This document shows positions 28,492 to 40,714 of a stretch of 64,000 nt of DNA, one piece after another. Location of the stretch: positions 2,941,584-3,005,583 of the forward strand of contig NW_003526944.1 in NCBI RefSeq assembly GCF_000181795.1. Direction: 5' to 3'. The position numbers and the translations under genes are program-made. Each line of letters opens with the position of its first letter. Position 1 is the stretch's first letter. The notes beneath the pieces are model-generated. The model saw only the letters and a list, made by a program, of their open reading frames with translations. It ran no database searches and was not told where the DNA came from. Source of the stretch: Trichinella spiralis (Eukaryota).

Positions 28492-30445
28492 TGGAAAAAA
28501 ATTACCCACTTCAGTTGTACTTCCCGATCAGTGATTGAATTAATAGATGCACAAAATATCCGTTGCCTGCATTATAATTTTTTACATACTCAACCCGTTG
28601 AAGCAATAAATTAGTTTGACTATTTTCTGGAAAAATGAGAAATTGAAACAATCGTCTATTAGTTCTTAAATCATCACAGTCTAGCTTTGTTCAATTTATA
28701 AAAAGTACATAAATTCAAGTTTCAATTCAAATGACAACCTAAATAAAATATCCATTCATCTGCAAAACAGAAAAAATCATCAAACTGATTTCTAAGCATT
28801 CTGAAAAATTGCATCCATTATTTTCTTTGACAATTTGTAAACTGAAGAACAAACAACCTTATTTCAATACTTTTATATTTGAAAAGATTCTTAAAGTACA
28901 GTACAGCTACTTATGACCACCGAAAAAGTTAAACATTCGATAGAACAAGCAAAGAACATTATGCAAAATTGATATCGATAATAGTACTAACAACTGACGA
29001 ACAACTAAGCCACTACTAACAACAAAAAACGACGAAAATGATCTATCTATTGTTGTACAACTGCCCTTTCAGAGACTTTTACATAATTATCTTTTCGATC
29101 TACAACTTATCTTCAACCTCATCTAAACAATGCGACTTCAAAAATTAAAACTAGGATAATCAATAATGTGAAATATTAAAACAATTGGCATACATCTCAT
29201 TTATAAAACAGTGCTATAATCAAGTAACATTTTAAAATAACCCAAACTGTTCGTCAATATGGATTTCGTTAATAAAATTTCGACACTTATAAGCATTGCA
29301 TTACTTAGTCACGGTAGTAAATTACAAATTACAATGCATATTCAAAATTATACGCTCAATCAATTCTTGAAAAACCAAAAAATTCAACTTACCAAAATAG
29401 ATGACTTGTCATCATTGAAGTTCACATTCTGTTTGTGTTCGTTCGTTATTCGACTACTTGAATTTCATTCAAGAAGCACAATTAAACCAAAAAATCAACT
29501 ACTTTGATGCGACCAGCTTTCCATTAGAAACGCCATTGCACTCACACCATACACCGTACGAAACTGAAGCCACGACAGCCTACGTAAAACGGTCAAGTAA
29601 AAATTTGCATACATTTTCTGATAAACAAGTCATATTATTTCTTCACTTTTAGGCGTCGTCTGATTAAGATGCATGCTCTTACCATTTGTCTGCTTTTCAG
29701 TTATAGCTTGCCACAAGTCCGAACTTTTAACTGAATAAATTTGCTTATCTATTTATATATTATTGCACAACATAATTATTACAAAATAAGACAATTAATA
29801 AAGTCGATATGCAACACAAATTAATTACAAGTCAAAAGTGTACTGTCTCATTATTGATTATCAGGGATAATATGATTAGGAGAAAACCACAAATGTATAT
29901 ACATATTTATTTATTTATTTGTTTAAATTTATTTATTTATTTATTTATAATTATTTGTTTTGTCATAAGTAAAACTTTTTGGCACAGATAATTTCGACAG
30001 TATTCATTTATCTCTATTTTCCGCTCTCAGTTTTCTTCATCTTTTAATAATATAGCATGCAGAAATTGATTACAATAAAATGAAATTTGAAAATAAATCC
30101 GCTGGAACAATTTTATTTGCTTATTGTCCATTATCTTGACAGGAATGTCTCCCCATTAAGAGACACGTAATCATTGTACACAACGATAAAACAGTGTGCA
30201 GATATGGACAAGCATTCAAGATTAAAGCAGAACAGTCCAAACAAGGCATGCGCGTTTTGATATGCACTGTTTGCACGGGCACCGTCAGCGTCTACACTTG
30301 GCCAAGTAGAAGAATATGATCAACTCATCTGAAACGGTTGTACTATCTGAGGATAGTGATAGTCATGTAAAATTTTTTTGAATTCGCTGTTGCAATAGAA
30401 AGTGAAAAATGACTTGCTGTTTCACAGTTTTCAACCAGTACAGAG

Positions 30446-31313
30446 ATGTCGATGAAAAGCAATAGAAGTGGCGAGTACACGTTCAAAATATTGGTTATTG
30501 GTGACATTTGTACAGGCAAGACGAGCATCATCCGACGCTATGTGCACAATTTGTTTTCCAGTCAATATCAAGCAACAGTATACATATAGATTGTTTTTTT
30601 CCAATTCAGTACCTGCATTTTGATTGTACTACTACGTAGATAGGGGTCGATTTTGCCATGAAAATATTCCACTGCAGCAACAGCTCAACAGCGCGTCTTC
30701 AATTTTGGGATATTGCCGGTAAAACTACAAAAGCTACTGTAGATGCGTAGAGTTTTGCTATTGGCATAAAAAGATAATAATTTCAGGTCAAGAACGATTC
30801 AGTTCGATGACTAGAGTTTATTACAGGGGTGCGGCCGGTGCGATCATTGTATTCGACGTATCGCGTGCATCAACCCTGGACGGAGTGACAAGGTGGAAGA
30901 AAGATTTGGATTCCAAATGCCGTCTAAGCAACGGTATGCCAATACCGGCTGTACTGTTAGCCAACAAAAGCGACCTGCTAAAACACTACGCAACGGAACA
31001 ATTGTCCAAATTGGACAGCTTCTGCGCTAAGCATGGCTTCGTAGGATGGTTTGCCACGTCTGCCAAACTCAGCACTGGTATCGCTGAAGCGGTCAGTAAT
31101 CTCTGTGAACATGCAAGTGTTTGTTTTTCTTATTCCAACAACGAACAAATTATCCAACACTGATCCAATAATTAATTGTAGATGATCATGGTTGAAATGA
31201 ACGGCAATTTCGAAATTCCAGTTGTCAGTGCAATAAGCAATATTGAATTAGCAGACGAATCAAACAAAAAGTCCGTTAGGAAAGAACGAAAGCCAACTTG
31301 CTGCCGTGGATAA
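30446..31313 (+). CDS. glo-1: Rab32/Rab38-family small GTPase (GLO-1-like); exons 30446-30577, 30640-30718, 30787-~31112, 31182-31313
   Basis: Motifs FKILVIGDICTGKTS, ATIGVDFAMK, WDIAGQERFSSMTRVYY (WDIAG is diagnostic of Rab32/38/29), NKSD and TSAK, plus a C-terminal CCRG prenylation motif. Confidence 0.9.
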
Positions 31314-31404
31314 TATTTTCTATTTGTTGTACAGTAAGATAACTCAATGAACTATTTTGCAAAGATAAAATTATTAGAAAAAAACTGCCTAATAACAATG
31401 ACAA

Positions 31405-31822
31405 TGTAGCAGACGCAGACCGACAGCTAACAACTGCTGTGCTTCTCTAGATAACGAAGATGAGGAAGAAGAACAAAGCTACCGTAAGCCGACCGGTACT
31501 TGAAGATCAGGAAGAAGTACGGTGGAACGGATTATTAGCAGCGTGGAGCGATAGTCTGTTGTTTTGTGATATACGGTGGTGGTCGTTGTTGTGATTGCGA
31601 ATAAATATTGTATTCCTGTTCTGTTACTTTGAGTGCTAGTATGTTACCAACAAAGCGTGAATTAGGGAAAAGGGGCGGCAGGGCCGGTACTAACCGGACG
31701 GACGATACAGACACCGAGACGAATCCGCAGATCGACACCGGCGTGTCGTCATTTAATAATGACCCTGGCGGCAACCCTGTTGAGGCGAGGAACGAGCCCG
31801 CCCGGGAGAGCGGCTCGTTACA
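31405..31822 (+). mobile_element. Solo LTR (418 bp), probably Gypsy/Ty3-type
   Basis: Begins TGTAGC and ends GTTACA (TG...CA with an imperfect terminal inverted repeat). It is flanked by the 4-bp direct repeat ACAA (31401-31404 and 31823-31826), contains AATAAA at 31600 and is a sharp GC-rich island in AT-rich DNA. Confidence 0.8.
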
Positions 31823-32438
31823 ACAATAATATGATATGATAATTGTAATGGAAATTTTATTTGCGATTATTTAAAGCAAAATAACCGTTCGACTCAACTG
31901 CCTAAAATCTGTTTCAAAACTTGCTCTGTTTTATGCATCGCAAAAGAAATTTCCACACGCAAAATAACAACGTTCTGCTGGTGGAGATGACAATAATTTG
32001 CCATTCAAAAATTCTGAATATATTTTAAAAAATTTATCGTCGAACATTCCAAAATTGCAAATACGAAAAAATTTCTATTGAGTGCTTGCTTAAGTATGTT
32101 CATATACTGTAGTGAGCAATATTTATTCATGCATTTATTCAATTCATTATTATTTCAAAGTGTGAAAATACATGTGTAAAAACCTAACAGATAAAAAAAT
32201 ATGTGAACAATAAAAACAACCAAAGCAAGCACAAAAGAAAAATATATTAAGGCACATATTTAACATCATAGACAAAAATGAAATTATTAATTAGTGGAAC
32301 CAAATGAGAAAATTACAACCCCTTAACAAAATATGCATTAAGGCAAAAAATATTGTACAGTTAATAAACAAAAATAATAAAATACTTTCAAAAAAATCAG
32401 ATAATTCAATCATCACAAAGGCCCAGCCTAAGATTTCA

Positions 32439-34689
32439 TCATGAATAACAGTCTACTGAATCACGGGGAGCATCTATAACACGTGGACTTGTAGAATCGT
32501 AATGCGGTCCCAATTGGTAAGCGTAACGCATATACCTGAAACAAATCAATTATATTAGCAATGTTCAATACAAATTTTATGAAAAACTTACACTATCACC
32601 AATGGATTAGCTTTTCCTATGAATTGTTCACCAACTAAAATTGAAGGTGCGCCACGCTGAATCACTTCAACTGGTACGCAAAAATACATAGATAATGCCA
32701 TAAGCTAATTTTAAAAAAGTATGAAAATACTGCAAATAATTAAAAAAAATGAATATTAATACCTCAGGATGTCCACCCCAAACACCTTCAGTTTGCACCT
32801 GCTTACAATATTCTTCAAGTTGGTCAGCTACTAACTGATTATCAGATTCGTGATCACTCAAATATGGCATAAAATATTCACCGTTTTCTCTTATAATATT
32901 GGACGCCTGCAATCGCAATTCTTTGACATCAGTCTAAATAATCAAAGTTTAATATTGTTGTATATAAAAATAATAATAATAAAATTCCCAACACGTTCTT
33001 TCTGTAATAAACAGAATCCTTCATAAAATAAAAATGATGCCCCTGGTTCTGTTCTGCATAATACAAGAAATAATAAAAGTGCAATTTTGCCCCTCTGTCA
33101 TTAGAAAAATGTCTCTGATACATACAACGATGCCTCGCAACGAAAGTTGATGCTTTATGGCACTGTAAAGGCAGTCACCATCGCCAGGAATGCGCACACG
33201 CTTCAACTGGCGTGATTTCAGTATTTTTCGAACATCCAACGTTTCCAGTTGACGTTTCGAAGGTACATGATTTTTCCTTGAACGAATCAAACTCTTGAAA
33301 TGATTCATTTCGCTAATCTGCGATGCTAAAATCTTCAAAAAGCATTCACACATACATGAAGAAATTAGAATGTAAAAACTAATGTGAAATTTATTCTTAC
33401 TGGAGTGCAGGCATATTTTGCTTTTCTCGGAGGTTGCACTCTGCAAGGGTATAACTGCTTTGAACTGTCGCGATTCAAAGAAACAGCCTTAAACAATACT
33501 ACATTTATGCAATAATTACAAAAAAACCCACTGCATTACATTGTCATCAAACAGCTGCTGCACATTATTGAAAACTGCCTCTGGTTCGATAACATTTCCA
33601 TTGTCATCTTTCTTAGCTTCAATTTCATCCTGTATTTTTGAAATTTCTTCTAAAATACAACATTTTACATAATAAGTTTTCGCTTGATTATTACGTATGC
33701 AAGCAAGATCTTTACAAAAAATGAAGACACAGTTTGAAAACTGTTTCCTTCATTGATCGCTTTAAAGTTGAATCATATTCAGGAAAGTAGTAATTACACA
33801 GTAATTAGGAACCCCAATAATTTCATGTCAACCGACAACTACCTACACTTTATCATTCATTCTCCACACTGCAATACTGTAAAAACTGTTAATAGTTGTT
33901 AGTAATTTGAAAACTATGTTTACCTAAATACAGTATAAGTGGAGCAAGTCACAACATTCAAAGAAATAAAATTAGCATACAATTACGAATACACAACAGA
34001 AAATAAAAATCATTAAAGTTAGTTCTTATGTGGAACACGTCCTAATGACATTCTATTAATCCCAAATCAGACAAACACTTAAGAACTATGCAACAAAAAA
34101 ATTTACAACAGAAAATTCTATATTTACCTTTGCACTCCGCTCTATTTGGTTTTTGCACATTTTCATATATGTCATCTTCCACCTAATAAAAGATGTACAT
34201 GATTTTGAATGATGAATCAATCATAAACATACTAAAATTACGTAAAAACTAAAATGATAAGCATTAACACCGACTATTTAATAAAAGCATACTTTTTTTT
34301 TCACAAAAATCATTCATTTTATATAATTTTATTACCTGAGAAGCGTCTGCTACTACCTCTGTTGACTGAGGCAAACCAATCTGCACATCATTTTGCCCTT
34401 CTGCCGATGCGTTCATTTCTTCAACTCTAATGTCAATGCCCTCATTCTATAATAGAAGTCCTCAAATAATCAAACAACTGCATGTTAAAATAAACAAAAC
34501 GATAAGCTGATCCCACTAAAATACATTGCAATTTATTTTATTTTAAATTTTAAAATGCAAACCATAATAACAGTTCCTAAACTACGCAATAATTATGGTA
34601 AAGTGACTGCATAACAGCAATATTACATTCCCAGCGTTCAAGTGTTCATCAGCAGCAGCAGCAGGACACATACATTCCTGGTGTTCCAT
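32439..34689 (-). CDS. OTU-domain deubiquitinase, OTUD6B-like (about 9 exons)
   Basis: Motifs RIPGDGDCLYSAIKHQL, ELRLQASNII, WGGHPELMALS and YAYQLGPHYDS (catalytic Cys and His). The upstream acidic exons join in phase from ATG 34689. The N-terminal exons are less certain. Confidence 0.85.
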
Positions 34690-37436
34690 TAATTCTCAAG
34701 CAGCTTTTCCAATTTCAGCACTAAAAACTACTTTATTATAATCAGAGAAATTGAAATTCATAAAAAGTGCGCATAACGCGCAAAAACAACACACATTCGT
34801 CAATAAAATCAAAAATGAAAATAATGAAAGTAAGCAGAACAAAGTCACAAATTTTGCTTAAAATAAACAGCGTTGCAAATAAACATAATTAATACTGTTT
34901 GCTATTATAATTATAATAAGTCGCTTGTTACTACAAACTTCTGATTACCAAATTCAAAACATTGAGAATATGATGACAATGCGAACAAAACAACATTTCA
35001 AAATGTCTGTTTTGTCATAATGTTTCTTGAAAACATACATACATACATATTATCTAAAATGCGCAGACTATCTTCATTTATATGAGACTTACTAAATGAA
35101 TAAAAGCATTCGTCTTAACCACAAATAAAACTGAACACAATATTTAATTTAAGCCACACAGAATAGCCTTTTTTCGCTTTCTAAATGACCTTCCATGAAA
35201 AGCTGCCTGCTTTGCTGCTTAAACTAATTTCAACGCGCAGACGCACTACTTATTAACACACCTATTAAAAAGCAGTTGTAAATGCATATATATAGATATA
35301 AATATATCAAAATTTCTATTGTCATAAACTTACCATGCAAGTCGGAACTGCAACGCAATGCATATTAAATATAATTCAGACAAAGATATTGGTAGCAATG
35401 GCATTTATTATCTGATTCTAACATTATACTGTTACAGTAAGAAAATCAGCAAGATTTAATGTCAAGTTAAACAGCTGATAAGCTTGCTTAAAATAATTAA
35501 GAATGTGTTGTTTTATCTACATAATGAGAGATACTAACTGATTTAGATTTAATTGATTTAGGCATTCGAGTTCCTGACTAACCAGACGTGGAATAAAGAA
35601 AACAGGGTAGCAGCAATTCTCAGGTATTACGCTGCTTTCGTCAGTGCAATCAACATTTTTGCCGCCATCTATGCTTGTTTATAACGACTTACTATACCAA
35701 TTGGGTCAGCACTCAGTGCTGGTGCGCTCAGATTAAAATGAAATACATAAAATAACATCCTATCCACTTTAATTTGATGTCATCAATTCAATTTTTTACA
35801 ATAATAAATTATTTGAAAATACGCTCCGTTTATTTATAGAAACATTCTCCAAGAGCTACTCTTACCAAATGCTTCAAACAGTTAAAAACCAACTGAAGAG
35901 TTTAGCAATGAAAACCATTATTATAACAAAGGAATTTTCACTGGTTAGTTTAATTTTTTAATCCAAAAAAGCAACTTAAATGAAATGAAAAATATCAAAA
36001 GTGAAACAAAAAATGCGGGACTTCTGGTGTTTTATGGGCTTTGTTAAATTTACTTCATATTAGAAATGTAGTTAGGGTTTCCTTTTTAACGTGGAAAAAC
36101 TGACGAACATTCTCTGCGAAGTCAAAAAACATTCATGACTTTAACGTGATAGGTGCATTTGTTTTGGTCTACGCTAAGAAACACTGCCGCTTTTCCATTT
36201 GCTGACACGTAGTTAGTAAACATGAAAATCTCCTGACAAAGTAGGTGTTAGACTTCAACTCGCTACAGATAATCGATCTTCTGAAGGCTAAACAAAAGCG
36301 AATAATCATCCAATCCAATGATGAAATGATGATCCACAATAATTGTATAATAAAGATGTGAAATCAGCTGCATTTGGTGCATTTTGCGGGGCACTGTTGC
36401 CTACTGGTGTTTTCTCTGCTTTGCACTGTCGTCCCTGCATTTGTAAGCAAATAACTGAGAGACCACTGCTTTGGACTCAGAATAAATTGATGAAGCTTTA
36501 CAAGATGAGGAGTCTAAATGTTAAAAACGTGTAAATTGAATCTGCGAGAGATTCTACCAGCAAAAACTACTGAAATTAAGAAGCAAATGATCATGCATGG
36601 AGTTTGTCACCAAATTACAGTATATTTAAATTAGAACCTGCACATCAATAATACGCTTATGGTATACATTCACGTCAATACATGAACAGTCAGATCTTTC
36701 AGCCGTTGGAAAGTTAAACCATATGTGGATGCTGCCAGCTGCTGGTGCAATTTAATTTTTGCCAGTGAATATTTTAAAAAATCGCTTCAGAAATCTGAAA
36801 GCGACAGTTGATTTCGCTAACAGTTGATAGAATCGATGGAAATGTAAAGTTAGAGCTGTTAGAAGAGTACGAAGCATTAGAACAAGGAAAGTTCGACGAG
36901 CTGATCTCTTTCGATGGTGAATGCTACTCTGTAAAGCTCTAAAACTGATCAGACAGACAATTTCAGGTCATTCAAATCTGCTAATAAGGATCTGGAAGGG
37001 AGACTGATGTGAAGAGACGCTGAACCGATTAGAAACTCATTCAGGTCTCAGAAAATCGAGTAGTGCTTCCTAACTGAATAGGCACCTTGGTATAGGGGGT
37101 ATACTGAGAACGCTTGGTGTATTCGGTAAATAGTATGCACATGAACCCATGACGCTCCTTTGCGAGATTAAAGTTCACATTAACGCAAAACCACTGACGT
37201 GAATCAGAGACAAGGCAAACCAACAGGATGGTTTATGTCCTCTCATTTCCTCATTGGAAAAGAAAGTGGGAAGCGCGCTGATCACGAAGATGGTGAACAA
37301 TATTAGACGATATGGACTCCAAACGCTGTCGTCGAGTGGAATAAAAAACTGAAATCAGCTTTGCATAGAAGCTTGAGATTTTAATAAACGTGAAAATCAA
37401 TAGAAATAACAGTACCGGTATCGTGAAACTGTTGAG

Positions 37437-39649
37437 TTATGTGTTCTGTTCTACTTGTCTAGGTGACTTGTTATGTAATTGATCAGTCAAAGTAAACCGG
37501 GACATCGTAATTGTTGCTACTTCGCTTTCAGTTTTGCTATTGCCAATCATTGCTCGTATGAAAGCAGACATTTTAGTTAGCTGTGCACGTGCCAGGCTTA
37601 ACAGTCGATGCATGTTAAACATTCCATGAAAACCATCTTCCAAATGCCACCAGAACACGTCAACGTTGTGCTCTTTCAAGCGTTTCGCATAAAAGAAACC
37701 TTCATCTCGTAATATGTCATATTCACATGTGACTATAAGTGCTGGAGGTAAGTTGGTCAGATTCTCGCTCAGTAGCGGGGAAAAATTTGGATCAAAAATA
37801 TAAGGTTCCATCAGAGCAGCCAAGTTTTCATCTTGCACGCATGACTCAGCGTTTGAAAATGCCTCCAAAGCAAATGATTTTGGAAGATGACTGTGACTGA
37901 TGTAACCATACTGTTCACCATAACGATCTACCAGTGACCGATGACTGTTTTTCAAAAGTGCCTCAGTGTGTTTAGTATCCAGTCCCAGGTACATCAGTAT
38001 ATACCTAAAAGAAAATAATTGTAAACTAAAATGATAAATAAATCTGAACATAATATAATATAAAATACAACTGAATTTAACTTAATCTAATCTACTAATT
38101 GAATTTGATTTAACTGAGGAAACAATTTTTGAATGGTAGAACGCAGAAAATTCTATACCTAGCAAGGCTTTCGGGCTCTAGTAGCGCCGTGCCCGCGTAC
38201 TCGTTCAACGCAGTTCGATAGCTAGGTGTCTTAAGGTCTAACAGTTGTAGGAACGGATATATTAATACTTGTAACTGAAATTGACAAAAGCAACAATGAC
38301 AGTTAACAAAATAGGAAAGCAGAACAACAACAACAACAACAATAATAATAATGATTATTATTAATAATAATAACATAATAGAGAATAGTGAAGGTAAAAA
38401 TGTCAAAAAGTACCTACTTTCAACGATGGCAGATCATGAAATCGTTGCAACCGTTGTGTAGTAACTGCGACCAAATTTCCACCAGCGCTATCACCTATGA
38501 GTGCAACTTTCAGAGGATTCACCCGAAGTGCTTGGTAGCCTTCACGTAAAAAGTGAACCAACGCTCGTTCACAGTCTTCCACAGCAGCTGGGAAAATATT
38601 CTCAGGCGCGAGCCGGTAACTGATAATAAATACAAATTCAATAAATGATTAATTCAGCTATTCAATCATACATATTCTATCAAAGTCTTTGAAGCAGTCT
38701 TAGGTTTTATTAAATAATTAATGGAAAATTAAATTTTACACAAAAACATCGAATATAAACATTTCTGTGCATATTACAAATAAGACCTACTAGGTAAACC
38801 TTGCCAAATATCAAAAAGAAAACTTGATAATATTAAGGAAATTTATTCAATGTCATTTTTTGCTTAAAAACAATTTTCGTTTAGTTTCATCTAAAACCTT
38901 ATATTTTTTAAGCAACAATATAAGAAAAATTTCTTTGAAACTATGTCATGTCAAAATAATACAAAAATAAAATGATGAATTATTTTACTTGATGGATACT
39001 GTAACCATTCCCGTTTCTGAAGCTAAATCACGCGTTAGTGCATCGTAGGTCTCGACGTCAAAAAGCACAAAGCCACCACCGTGTATAAAAACCAACGCAC
39101 CGTCAGAATGCAATGTTTTTGGAATGTAAATGCGAACCGGGACGCCATCAAATTGACTATCAAAAGACTACAAGCAAACAACAAAAGAACCTTTAATCTT
39201 AAAGAAATTTAATCACAGATTTAAAAAATAAGCAAAAAATCAATGTATGCTTTTTTAAATCTGCTTTGTGTGTGCTTTCTTTCAAAATTGACAGTTTCTG
39301 TCAATATTTATCTCCAATTTACAAATATACCTCAACGTCGGAGCTCATAGAATGAGCCCAAGTGCTAAGTCTGGCAAGCGTATGCAGACTTTTCCGTGCC
39401 CAATAGATTTGCCAATCACTGCCAGCGTATGACAATATTTTAATCTGAAATTCAACAACAACCATAGAAAACAGTAATAGAATTTTTTAAAGTAAAATGC
39501 GTTACTGGAAAAACGTAGACAATGCGTATTAGCGGTTCGATAATTTGCAAAACATTGCGATCAGCTAGACGATTTGGCAATGGTCGGTAAAACCAATATG
39601 CAAATAAGCAAGTCAGTGAAAAAATGACTGCAAAACGTCTGCTAAACAT
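37437..39649 (-). CDS. Arylacetamide deacetylase/NCEH1-like esterase (HSL family), copy 1; 6 exons
   Basis: N-terminal membrane anchor, FIHGGGF oxyanion motif, YRLAPE, GDSAGG nucleophile, CEYDILRDEG (Asp) and GFHG (His). An in-frame upstream exon near 39800 could extend the N-terminus. Confidence 0.92.
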
Positions 39650-40714
39650 CTTGTCGTAAAGTCTTCGAAATGAAGAAAAATTCTCATAAAATTCATACGC
39701 TTGTCTGTCACGAAGCAAGCAATAACCTATATATTGGAACAAGTTTGTCAAGAACCGGCATTCTTACCTTCCTTTTCATTTATAACCAATTTAATCATTG
39801 CTCCAAATTGATACATATGCGCTTTTGCACTTTTGTGCGTGCACAGCAAACAACATTGCAAAACGCGCGTTCACCGTCAAATTTGATTGGCTCTAGCTGA
39901 TTGGAAGCAGCAGCGTGACAACGGCAAAAGCGTCCTCACGTTGCTCCAAATCTTCATGCTTCCTAATAATGCCAGTACTGTAGTAAGTTTGTTGGATTTT
40001 CAAGTTCATCACGTCTCTCCAACACAAGACAGCACCCAAATTCGAAAAGCTTAATACACAGTACAGGCCATTTGCAAGTAGTGCATAACCATCAGTCAAT
40101 TAGAATCTGTGAAACTTTCGCCGATAAATGCGTTGAAACACGGAACAAGGTTTCAGTTGCTGCGATCTAATTCAACGGTCTAAAGTTAGACGTTGAATGA
40201 AAATTTAACTATAAAAAAACTGAAACACAAAAGATAATAATCCAAAAAAAACCCTTTACTTTGAAAAGTTAGTGATATCGAAAGCAGAGATATATTTGAA
40301 AAAAACGCGCAACGGAAAGTTCTAAATTGAATTGAGGGACAAGATGTTTCAGTTCTGCTCTGGAAATTGAAAATAACAGAACACAGAAAATGCAACAGCT
40401 TGCATGTTTCTGAATCACTTTCTAAAATTACTGAATTCACGGGGAAGCGAGAGCCGGGAGTCGAAAGAAAAAATCCTGGACGATGACAACGCGCAAATGA
40501 AACAGTCATCTTCCCAAATGGAGAATGCGTGATAGAGCAAAATGAAAAAGCAAGGCCGAAAGGAAGGGGACCTTCTTTTTGAATAGATGACATTAATGAA
40601 AGAAATTCTTAAATTTAATAATGCATATGTGCATTTAAACTTTTGTAAGTTGTGAAAATAAAATATTCTGATAGAACCAATCTTGTAAAATACTTATTTC
40701 ATGCAGTTTTACAA

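Noticed and set aside
31535..31829. Short ORFs on both strands
   Set aside because: They lie inside the solo LTR and show no gag or pol motifs.
40186..40593. 135-aa minus-strand ORF after ima-3
   Set aside because: No recognisable domain. It is more likely ima-3 3' UTR or intergenic sequence, though not excluded.
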